A stretch of DNA of 64,000 bases from Octopus sinensis (lineage: Eukaryota): positions 1 to 64,000 of the forward strand of contig NW_021833983.1 of NCBI RefSeq assembly GCF_006345805.1, given 5' to 3'. Positions within the stretch are counted from its first letter, which is position 1. Each line of letters opens with the position of its first letter. A model generated the notes under the pieces. The model did not search any database, was not told the DNA's origin, and saw nothing but the letters and a program-made list of their open reading frames with translations. Shown here one piece after another: positions 52,880 to 64,000 of the stretch. A program made the position numbers and the translations under genes.

Positions 52880-53582
52880 GCGAAATCCATGGCGAACCAG
52901 CTGATCTGCTTCAGGACAGATTACATCTTAATATCACGGATGTTGGTACCGGCTGTTACATTAGTACTAAGAGGCGAAATAAACTACTCTCAAGCAATGA
53001 AAATCGAAAGTCCCCATATACCGCCATTATTGCGAGCTTTTATCCACGACACCATCGTTACAATGTGTTCCATCATTGCTATAGCTAAGAACCAACAATT
53101 TTTGGATGACATATTCTTGTAAAGTTGATTCGCAAAATGTCGTGGTCTTACTATAAAACCGGAGCCCAAGTTAAGGAATTCCTCTTCGAACTTAGAAGAA
53201 AGCCGGTTCTAATGATCAGGCAGCTGGTAATTGGAAACCTTGTGTGTATTTAGACAGGCTACTAAAATGATGGCTACCAAGAGAGGTTCCTAGATCGAGT
53301 CCAAGCTAAGACAAGGTTTAATTGCCATTGAGAAGGGGGTGAGAACGTGACAGGAATCCCCTTCTCAAGAGGAGATCGTCATAATTGTGATTTGGTAATT
53401 GTAATACATCCTCTAGAGGTAGAGATTATTTTAGTAAATCAAGAATTTATGTTGTATGGTATTTGATATACCCGTATTCATCTATGTTGATCATTCTGGC
53501 CATTCTGAGTTATTTTTCGTTCATTATTTTTTTTTTTGTTTAAATTATCTAATTATCAGCATGGATTTCGTTTGTTCTTCAG

Positions 53583-53693
53583 AACTTCAGGGTACTCATT
53601 GACAAGAGGGAAGAATCTGGAGAAATATGTGGGCAGAGTTCTTACGAAAATGGCTCGGTCACACCGTCGCGCTTAATGAGAAATGGATGTAGG
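53583..53693 (+). CDS. candidate 111-nt exon
   Basis: ttcgtttgttcttcag acceptor, AGG|GTGAGC donor; phase-2 reading TSGYSLTRGKNLEKYVGRVLTKMARSHRRA*; phase-0 frame is also open. Confidence 0.3.
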
Positions 53694-54287
53694 GTGAGCA
53701 CAAGAGAAAATCTCCAGCTGCTTTGATGTCGTTTAATGGAACTGTTTAAAGTAGCCAAAAAGCACTCTTCCCAAAAACTACGGGATTTACACACACACAC
53801 AATTCTCTCTCTTTCTTCCCCTCTCTGTCAGTCTCTCTCTCTCTTTCCCTCTCTGTTGGTCTCTCTCTCTCTCTCTATCGCTATCTCTCGCACACACACG
53901 CATCCATATACGCACATACATGCATGCGTACCTTTGACAAAGCAGCTCATGTCTGACATGTGATCCATGCAAAAGTACACCTGAACTCCGTTTACTCTTT
54001 CTATTTCAGTCAATATTTTCAAGCTTTTATACTTACCTATCTATATATATTTATATATCTATATGTTTATATCTTTAACGACAGTGCAGTATATTTACAT
54101 ATTTAATAATATAAGTTTACAACTATGTAATGTTTACAATTTTTTTTATTTATTTCGTGACGTCAGTGCATATACAAAAATAAACACAAAAACTAAATTT
54201 TATGATATTCTGCATCAGACATGCGATTTAAAATAAGGTTTAGTGAGAATGTTTACTATATTTTTTCTCCTCAATATGAATTATTAA

Positions 54288-54900
54288 GACAGCGAACTGG
54301 CAGAATCGTTAGCACGCGGGGCGAAATGCTCAGCGGTATTTCGTCTGTCGTTACGTTCTGAGTTCAAATTCCGCTGAGGTCGACTTTGCTTTTCATCCTT
54401 TCGGGGTCGATAAATTAAGTACCAGTTACGCACTGGGGTCGATGTAATCGACTTAATACCTATGTCTGTCCTTGTTTGTCTCCTCTGTGTTTAGCCCCTT
54501 GTGGGTAATAAAGAAATAGGTATTTCGTCTATCGTTACGTTCTGAGTTCAAATTCCGCTGAGGTCGACTTTGCTTTTCATCCTTTCGGGGTCGATTAAAT
54601 AAGTACCACTAACGCACTGGGTTAATGTAAATGATTGAAACCCTTTGTCTGCCCTTCTTTGTCCCCTATATGTTTAACCCCCTGTGGGCAATAAAGAAAT
54701 AAATACGAATTATACACCTTAGCGTGCCGGGTAAAATGCTGATCGGCATTTCGTTTGTCTTTACGCTTTGAATTCATATTCCGCCGAGGTCGACTTTGCT
54801 TGCTGGGTCGATTAAATAAGTATCGTTTGAGCACTGGGGTCAGAGTAATCAGCTTACACCTCCCACAAAATTGCTGGCCTTGTACCGAAATTTGAAATCA
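54288..54900 (+). mobile_element. SINE family D tandem trimer
   Basis: Units restart at 54520 (gtatttcgt) and ~54719 (ttagcgtgccggg). Confidence 0.88.
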
Positions 54901-55100
54901 ATATGAATTATGATATGTTGCCAACAAATAGGTGTATCAAATTCTAAATGGGTTTTAAGTAATTATGATGATATACGTTGTACAAGATTTCGATAAAGTT
55001 TAACATCCGAATGTCTAACACGAAAAAATATTCATGCTAATATATATATAATATATGTGTGTGTGTGTGGTGTGTGTGGTGGTGTGTGTGTGGTGTGTGT

Positions 55101-55165
<65 letters not shown>

Positions 55166-55166
<1 letters not shown>

Positions 55167-55353
55167 GGAGAATTGACAAAGCAAAAAAGAAAAGACGAAG
55201 ACAGGTGGTGTAGACAACAAACAGATGTATTAGTATAACGCTCGGGAAGTGGAAAAGCCTATAACGTTTCGAGCCTACGCTCTTCCTCACAAGGAACACA
55301 AGAAAGAAACAAGGAGAGAAAATAAAGAACGTGTGGTGGCTAGCGATCTATCA
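55166..55353 (-). mobile_element. family B element, degenerate ribozyme core
   Basis: Minus strand gaagagcgtaggctcgaaacgtt; flanks match 57757-57950. Confidence 0.75.
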
Positions 55354-55375
55354 TCTATGATATATATATATATAT

Positions 55376-55676
55376 TTCGTTTTGGGATTTGGTTTGCAAG
55401 ACTCTTTATATGAGTTCGTGTGTTGAAGCAAATTCTGTTGTGTCTGGGGAGAGTAATTTTCTTTTTGTGCCTTATAATTTAACACACTCACCGGTAAAAT
55501 TTCCACTTATTTCTTATTCTTATTTTCCTAAAATTTTCGTTGCGTCTTGCAACCTTTTCCATAGTCAAGACTATTGAAAAGGTTGCAAATAAAAATAAGA
55601 AATAAGTGGAAATTTTACCGGTGAGTGTGTTACATTATAAGGCACAAAAATAAAATGAGTCTCCCCAGACACAACA

Positions 55677-55679
<3 letters not shown>
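55376..55679. mobile_element. foldback element, family I, second copy
   Basis: Same arms as 50917-51250 with a different centre; the left arm is longer. Confidence 0.85.
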
Positions 55680-55717
<38 letters not shown>

Positions 55718-55959
55718 CAGGTAGGATATTCTAGTCAGTTATGGCCCATTTAAATAATGCTAAAGTGTTAAGCAAAATTGTGGATACAAGGATAAAGTTT
55801 TAGGTTGACTCTACCTCCACAGTCAAGCATCTGCCATAAACAAACCAAACAATGATACCTGGTGGTTGTCAAAAATGACTGAAAGGTTGATAAATTGCGA
55901 GCAGAAGGTTAAGTAAAAGATTATATTTAGCTACATGATCACCTCCAACCACACCAAGT

Positions 55960-56063
55960 CGTTATTGTTGTTAATTATTATTATTATTATTATGCTTAGT
56001 ATTATTATTATATTATTATTATTATTATTGATTATTTTATTATATATAGTATTATTATTATTA

Positions 56064-56097
<34 letters not shown>

Positions 56098-56199
56098 GTA
56101 TTAGTATATCATCATTATTATTATTATTATTATTATTATCATTATTATTATTATTTATTATTATTATTTATTAGTTTATTATTATTATTATCGATCATA

Positions 56200-56234
<35 letters not shown>

Positions 56235-56236
56235 CA

Positions 56237-56276
<40 letters not shown>

Positions 56277-56695
56277 CATCATATTATTATTATTATTATT
56301 ATTATATTATTATATATTATTATTATTATTATTATGATTAGCATCATTATTATTATTATTATATTAGTATTATATTATTATTAGTCTTATTATTATCATC
56401 ATTATTATTATTATTATGATTATTATTATATTATTATTAGCATAATTATTATTATTATCATCCTTATATCATTATTATTATATATATTATTTTTTATTAT
56501 TATTAAAATTATTATTATTATTCTTATATTATATTATTATTATTATTATTATTATTATTGATTATTGATTATTATTCTTATTATTATTATGGTTATATTA
56601 TTATTATTATTATATTATCATTATTATTATTATTATTATTATTATATTATTATTATTATTAGTATTATCAGTATTATTATATTATTATATTATTA

Positions 56696-56744
<49 letters not shown>

Positions 56745-56763
56745 GATTATTATTATTATCTTA

Positions 56764-56798
<35 letters not shown>

Positions 56799-56816
56799 AT
56801 TATTATTATTATTAAT

Positions 56817-56855
<39 letters not shown>

Positions 56856-56972
56856 TATTATTATTATTATTATATTTTTATTATTATTATTATTATATGA
56901 TTATTATTATTAGACTATTATTATTATTATTATTATTATTTTATTTTATTATTATTATTATTATTATTATTA
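55960..56972. repeat. ~1-kb degenerate (ATT)n tract
   Basis: Trinucleotide repeat with many 1-nt indels. Confidence 0.95.
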
Positions 56973-57119
56973 CATCTTGAATCCAGCTAGCTACATGATG
57001 CTTTCATCATTTAATGGTCCATATTTTACAGATTTTTTACAGCTGAATACCCTTGCCTATCCAAGAAGGTAATATTTTCCCATGCTTAAACACATTTTGC
57101 TCTGATGACTGGAAGCAAA

Positions 57120-57547
57120 GGCGGCTAGCTGGCAGAAATGTTAAGCACGCCGGGCGAAATGCTGAGCGGTATTTCGACTGCCGTTAGGTTGTGAGTTCAA
57201 ATTCCGCCGAGGTCGATTTGCCTTTCATCATTTCGGGGTCGATAAATCAAGTACCAGTTACGCACTGGGGTCGATATAATAAATGTATTCCCTTTGTCTG
57301 TCCTCGTTTGTCTCCTCTATGTTTAGCCCCTTGTGGGCAATAAAGAAATAAGAAAAACACGCCGGGGCGAAATGCTTAGCGTTATTTCGTCTGTCTTTAC
57401 GTTCTGGGTTCAAATTCCGCCAAGGTTGACTTTGCTTTACATCCTTTCGGGGGCGATAAATTAGGTACCAGTTTTGTACTGAGGTAGATCTAATCGACTG
57501 GCCCCCCTCCCCAAAAGTGTCGGGCCTTGCGCCTAGAGGAGAAAAGA
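57120..57547 (+). mobile_element. SINE family D tandem dimer
   Basis: Second unit restarts at cacgccgggg (57358). Confidence 0.88.
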
Positions 57548-57660
57548 AGACTCGAAGCAAACAAATCACATGTAAGGTGATGTTTCTCATTTACAGTTAT
57601 ATCTAATCAAAGCACACACAAACATATGCATATATACACACACACACACACACACATATA

Positions 57661-57701
<41 letters not shown>

Positions 57702-57756
57702 CATACATACATACATACATACATACATACATACATACATACACACATATACATAT

Positions 57757-57950
57757 GATAGATCGCTAGCCACTACACCTTCTTTATTTTCTCTCCTTGT
57801 TCCTTGTTTCTTTCTGTGTTCCTTTCAATGGAAAAGCGTAGGCTCGAAACGTTAAAGACTTTTTCACTTCCCGAGCGTTAAAGTAATACAGGTTTATTGT
57901 CTACACCACCTATCTTCGTCTTCTGTTTTTTTTTTGTGAATTCTCCCCCC
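57757..57950 (+). mobile_element. family B element, degenerate ribozyme core
   Basis: cctttcaatggaaaagcgtaggctcgaaacgttaaagac. Confidence 0.75.
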
Positions 57951-58123
57951 ACTATATATATATGTTGCTATACCCTTAATTATTGTTATAATCATATATA
58001 AAACTTCTTGTATAAGTTTTTACCGAATATGGTTCTTTTCCATACCGAAACCATTTGGTAAAATTTATTAATTATAAATTAATAATTTTTTATCTCCATA
58101 TCTATAATGATTATATATATAAC

Positions 58124-58286
58124 CTCTGTGTGTCTTTGTTTGTACCTCATCAGTACTTGACAATCGATGCAACTTAGCAGTTCAGCAAACAGACCGATAG
58201 AATAAGTACAAGGCTTACAAAGAATAAGTCCTGACGTCGATTCGTTTGACCAAACCCGTCAAGGCACTGTTCCAGCAATGAGAGTC
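58124..58286 (+). mobile_element. SINE family A 3' fragment
   Basis: gaccgatagaataagtacaaggcttacaaagaataagtcc. Confidence 0.75.
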
Positions 58287-58338
58287 AAAATATTTCTTAG
58301 CCAAGTGAGAACACACACACACGCACACACACACACAC

Positions 58339-58422
<84 letters not shown>

Positions 58423-58482
58423 GAAATTGATAGAAAAACAAAAGACGAAGACAGGTGTGTGAACCGCAAGCAAGTTTATTAG

Positions 58483-58520
58483 TTTTTTACGTTTCGAGCT
58501 TTCGCTCTTCAACAGAAAGG
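58483..58520 (-). ncRNA. minimal hammerhead-like variant (family B)
   Basis: Minus strand: CCUUU-CUGUUGA-A-GAGC-GAAA-GCUC-GAAA-CGU-A-AAA; inside a repeat at ~58415-58570. Confidence 0.6.
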
Positions 58521-58618
58521 AATAAGAGGAAATAAACAGAGATTATGGAAAAAAACGTGTAAAGTTCAGTGATCTAACATAGCGAGTGATTTGAAAAAAG
58601 ATATTGCAAAAAAGGGAG

Positions 58619-58665
<47 letters not shown>

Positions 58666-58666
58666 T

Positions 58667-58776
58667 TACCTAAGGCACACAGTACATACCTAAGGCACAC
58701 AGCACATACCTAAGGCACACAGAGCTGCGCTCGGTAGTGAAGTGAAAGCACGCTATAAAAATAAAACTACTGAATG
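58667..58776. repeat. short element in (AAT)n with a 20-bp unit triplicated
   Basis: tacctaaggcacacagyaca x3 (third copy partial), then gagctgcgctcggtagtg...tactgaatg. Confidence 0.7.
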
Positions 58777-59173
58777 ATAATAATAATAATAATAATAATA
58801 TATACACATACATATATGTATACACACACATACACACACTCTCTCTCTCTCTCTCTCTCTCTTCTATTTCTCTCTCTCACACACACACATATAGGTTAGC
58901 TGAGTAAGAGGTTAAAATAACCGTGTAAGGGATAGAAGTATCTATTACACTACCGGTATGTTACCTATGTTTAACCACGGGTATATACCAGAGTATATAT
59001 CAAAGGGCATATATCAGTAGCAATACCATACAACATTGGAAGCAGAAACAGTTGTTAGATGGGATGCAGTCTATTTGTATTGAATTAATAAATAATAATT
59101 GACGTAAGTCAATTGTTGTTCATCAAATTTCTACATTTTCTGTCTTCTAAACACACAGACACAGACACAGACA

Positions 59174-59242
<69 letters not shown>

Positions 59243-59895
59243 CATACGAGTGAATAGACAAAGGAAAGAAGGGCACTCAATACATTTATTGAGAGTTAAA
59301 TGTATAGATTAAAACAGTTTGACTCAGATTCCTTGGTACTCCGAGTTTCAAGCGTATGGCTAATCTTCGGCTTTTGGGGTCTGACTGAGCGTTCGGTTGG
59401 AGAGAGTCAATATTTACTACTGGACGTTAGCCTGCGATTGGTCGAGAAAGGTCACGCAGTATAACGGTTTTAAGTTCGTATCTCAGCGACAACGATTAGT
59501 TAGAAAATACCACATGGTGAACAGGAAATCGACCATGTGGTGGACAAGGATTCGGTCGTGCGGTTGTGGAGAGGTAGGAAGGGACGGTAGATATGGGGGT
59601 GGGTATATGTATATATGTACATATATGCCCTTATATCTGCGTGTATGCATCCGTACTTATACGAGCGTGTATGTGTGCTTAGATAGAGATTCAAGCAGTC
59701 GTGCGCGCGCACACACATACACACGAAAGCACACACGCATACACACTCGCGCATGCATTTGCATATACACACGTACACACACACGCGGACTCACGGACAC
59801 ACATAGAGAGAGGCGTGCATACCTTTATCAACATGTACATATGTTACACGCTTGAAATTCAGAGTACCAGCAAATTTGAATCAAAATGTTTTAAT

Positions 59896-59932
<37 letters not shown>

Positions 59933-59937
59933 ATATA

Positions 59938-59985
<48 letters not shown>

Positions 59986-60858
59986 GAGTGAGAAAGCAGT
60001 TCATGCCATCAAAGTTACATTCGGGTAAAATACGTGAAGCCCAATAAACCCGTCATGACTACTCGTCTGATAAGGATACACCAGGCACATGCATCACAAC
60101 CATATGTGCGTGACATGGTGATCTCACATCAAGATAAACAGCGCATGACCTTGCAGGTGGGGGCCCAGTTAGAATTTCTTTCAGATCGAGTAGCCTATCC
60201 CGCTCAAAAGGTCATTGAACACCCATGTTTCTGGAGGTGAATTATTCAAACCCCAAAAAACTCCTCTGAGCACATGGCTATGATGCTCCTCCACTACTTC
60301 TGCTCTTAATCAGAGATGCAGATATCGTCAGCCACCAAGGGACATGGTCAACTGGTTAAGATCAAACAACGGACAAGCAAATCTGTGGTATTGAGCAGAA
60401 TATTTGCTGTAGCTCATCTTTTATACCAAGACAAAACAAAATACATGATTACACTTGCAATCAGTTATTATTATTATTATTATTATTATTGAGTGAGAGA
60501 GCAGTTCATGCCATCAAAGTGACACTGGGGTAAAATATACGAAGCCCAGTATACCCATCATGACTACCTGTCTGATAAGGGTACACTAGGCACATGCATC
60601 ACAACCATGTGTGCGCGACATGGTGATCTCATATCAAGATAAACAGCACATGACCTTGCAGGTGGGGCCCAGTTAGAATGATGCTCCCCCACTACTTCTG
60701 CTCGTGATCAGAGATGCACATATCGTCAGCCACTAAGGGACATGCTCAACTGGTTAAGGTCAAACAACTGACAAGCAAATCTGTGGTATTGAGCAGAATA
60801 TTTGCTGTAGCCCATCTTTTATACCAAGACAAAACAATGTACATGATATTTCCAATCA

Positions 60859-60921
<63 letters not shown>

Positions 60922-60928
60922 GTTATTG

Positions 60929-60981
<53 letters not shown>

Positions 60982-61011
60982 GTTATTATTATTATATTAT
61001 TATTATTATTA

Positions 61012-61058
<47 letters not shown>

Positions 61059-61069
61059 TATTATTATTA

Positions 61070-61106
<37 letters not shown>

Positions 61107-61587
61107 TATTATTATTATTATTGTTATTATTATTATTGTTATTATTATTATTGTGTGAGAGAGCAGTTCATGCCATCAAAGTGACACTGGGGTAAAATAT
61201 ACGAAGCCCAATATACCCATCATGACTACCCGTCTGATAAAGGTACACCAGGCACATGCATCACAACCATATGTGCGCGACATGGTGATCTCATATCAAG
61301 ATAAACAGCACATGACCTTGCAGTTAGAATTTTCTTCAGGTTGAGTAGCCCATCCCGCTCAAACGGTCCCTGAATAAGGGTTGTTTAAGGATGTTGAAAG
61401 ACCCACCCATGTTTCCAGAGGTGGACTATTCAAACCCCAAAGAATCCCTCTCAACACATGGCTATGATGCTCCCCCACTACTTCTGCTCGTGATCAGAGA
61501 TGCACATATCGTCAGCCACTAAGGACATGCTCAACTGGTTAAGGTCAAACAACTGACAAGCAAATCTGTGGTATTGAGCAGAATATT
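59986..61587 (-). mobile_element. three tandem family H copies separated by (ATT)n
   Basis: Copies at 59986-60466, 60491-60858 and 61153-61587; same 3' end, different 5' truncations and internal deletions. Confidence 0.88.
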
Positions 61588-61608
61588 ATTGTTATTATTA
61601 TATTATTA

Positions 61609-61695
<87 letters not shown>

Positions 61696-62003
61696 TATTA
61701 TTATTATTTATTATTATTATTATTATTATAATGATATATCAGTATATGAGTAGATAAACATTTGTCATGTAGAAATCCAAGCGGTGTCTACGCCCTGCTG
61801 GTTTCCTTTCAGTCTCGTGTACCTTCTTCTACACACTGTGACAGATAACACAGCTTGGGTTGCATCACCGTCAACAGTTTTGCTATAATTCATGCTTAAC
61901 TCCCGCAGAGAAACAGCAGGTCAAAACAATCATCTTCTCACCAGGTTCTTGCTTTGTAGATTCTAACAAATGTGCATGACATTACTTTAATTGTTCTCTC
62001 TCT

Positions 62004-62045
<42 letters not shown>

Positions 62046-62051
62046 TATATA

Positions 62052-62270
62052 TTATTTTATTCTTTTATTTGGTTCAGTTGTTTGACTGCGGCCATGCTGG
62101 GGCACCGCCTTTTAGTCGAAGAAATTGACCTCAGGAATATTATTTGCGAGCCTGGTACTTATTCTATCGATTTTTTTTTTGGCCGAACCATTAAGTTACG
62201 GAGACGTAAACATGCCAACATCGGTTGTAAAGCGATGCTGGGGGCGCCAAACGCAGGCACATAGATACAT
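62052..62270 (-). mobile_element. SINE family A 3' half
   Basis: Reverse complement of the family A tail and body. Confidence 0.8.
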
Positions 62271-62393
62271 ACATAAATATATACATATATATATATACAT
62301 ATATTACATGGGAAAATGCGAGCAAGAGAAATAACATTCTTAAGATTATAAACCTGGAAAAGTACAGGACAAGTTATTACACTTGTAATATTA

Positions 62394-62537
62394 TACATAC
62401 ATACATACATACATACATACATACATACATACATACATACATACATACATACATACATACATACATACATACATACATACATACATACATACATACATAC
62501 ATACATACATACATACATACATACATACATACATACA
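62394..62537. repeat. perfect (CATA)n tract
   Basis: Direct tetranucleotide repeat. Confidence 0.95.
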
Positions 62538-63008
62538 TGATGGCTGCCCCTTCGTTATCGAGTATGGCCATTGCACGAATCTTAACTGTTATTGGCGCTG
62601 TGATCGAATGTGACTTTTATTTGCTTTTTAAGGCTACAGCCAGCTATTCAGTTGAGACTCACAGCACCATCAACAATCATGAACAATGTTGTTATCGTGC
62701 AATGCCTGTGCAAGAAGATTTTTTTAAAGTGAGGAAAGGCTGTGCACTGAGTCAATCCCACTCACTAAGCAACAGCAGCCATAATCCGAAAAGAAGAACA
62801 AGTCAACATCATCGGTAACCACTGAGCAGCAGGTTTTATGTCGGAGTTATCCCAGTTACCTGAGTTACCTTCTCCTACATACACACATACATACATACAT
62901 ACATACATACATACATACATACATACATACATACATACATACATACATACATACAAACATACATACATACATACATACATACAAACATACATACATACAT
63001 ATACATAT

Positions 63009-63180
63009 AATAGATCGCGAGCCACTACACATTCTTTATTTTCTCTCCTTGTTCTTTCTGTGTTCCTTTCTGTAGAAACGTGAAAGACATTTTCACTCCC
63101 CGAGCGTTTAACTAATACATCTGTTTGTTGTCTACACCACCTGTCATCGTCTTTTGTTTTTTTGTGAATTCTCCCCCACC
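63009..63180 (+). mobile_element. family B element with stem II deleted
   Basis: cctttctgtagaaacgtgaaagac; flanks match 57757-57950. Confidence 0.75.
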
Positions 63181-63203
63181 CCATATATATATATATATAT
63201 TAT

Positions 63204-63251
<48 letters not shown>

Positions 63252-63264
63252 TGCATATATATAT

Positions 63265-63409
63265 CCTCTGTGTGTCTTTGTGCCCTATCACCGCTTGACA
63301 ACCGATGTTGGTGTGCTTACGTCCCCGCAACCTAGCTGTTCAGCAAAGAGACCGATAGAATAAGTACTAGGCTTACAAAGAATAAGACTTGGCGTCGCTT
63401 TGTTTGACG
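63265..63409 (+). mobile_element. SINE family A 3' fragment
   Basis: Family A body motifs. Confidence 0.8.
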
Positions 63410-63793
63410 AGTGGTTTAATGTGGATATTTCTCAATGATGATATTGACAGTCATTGATGACAGATGGGCGTCCACTATGCTCACAATCTTCAAGGCCCAG
63501 GTCTCTACTCGAAATTGTTTAAACTATTTTCAAGCTGACTACTCCCATGTCATTTCCTCACGAAGAGACAGTCGCAGGATGGGTCGAAACGATCGACGTA
63601 CAAAATAAAGTCTAACACCAAATTCATCTTCTGTTTACTTAATTGATTATTATCTCAACTTACACTGCGGAATTCCTGAAGGAGATCCGACGGAAATATA
63701 CCCCGACTGCTGATGACACCAGGTAGCCTGAACTGTGCCAGTGCTTTACTCAACACACCAGCACACTAATTGACATATACTCATTAGTCTGAA

Positions 63794-63882
<89 letters not shown>

Positions 63883-63886
63883 AATT

Positions 63887-64000
63887 GTGTGTGTCTTTGT
63901 GCTTTTGTTTTCCCCTCAACCCCTTGACAATCGGTTTTGTTTTGTTTACGTCGTCGTAACCGAGCGTTTCGGCAAAGAAACCAATATAATGCGTATGAGA
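63887..64000 (+). mobile_element. SINE family A fragment, runs off the window
   Basis: cttgacaatcgg...gtttacgtc...gtaac...ttcggcaaaga. Confidence 0.6.

Noticed and set aside
52880-53130. Coding exon or RT remnant (DHDIL) in the unique island
   Set aside because: Multiple stops and no convincing splice sites or motif series.
58015-58065. GAAA-CCAUUUGG-UA HHR-like remnant
   Set aside because: The core has two or more substitutions and stem I is unpaired; too degenerate to call.
63555-63605. CUCACGA...GAAACGAUCGA HHR-like remnant
   Set aside because: G5 and U16.1 are lost and stem I is absent; at most a dead relic.

Overview
AT-rich, microsatellite-dense eukaryotic DNA. The repeat complement suggests an octopus-like cephalopod; this is inferred and not checked against a database. 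Nearly all ORFs in the supplied track are translated microsatellites. The window is dominated by mobile DNA: at least four tRNA-headed SINE families, decayed RTE and CR1-type LINEs, a long-TIR mariner, several MITEs, two Helitron pieces and a (TAA)n-targeted retroposon. A few phase-compatible small exons suggest an unrecognised plus-strand host gene with long introns. The most striking signal is a set of hammerhead-ribozyme (HHR)-like motifs in several unrelated short repeat families. Each has the Penelope-like/retrozyme minimal type I layout with a loopless palindromic stem III, and the palindrome differs between families. The best case is a 99%-identical 356-bp inverted repeat (20384-21292) with a fully canonical HHR in each arm. 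All ribozyme calls are by-eye folds; none has been tested. Family letters (A-E, H-K) are my own working labels.
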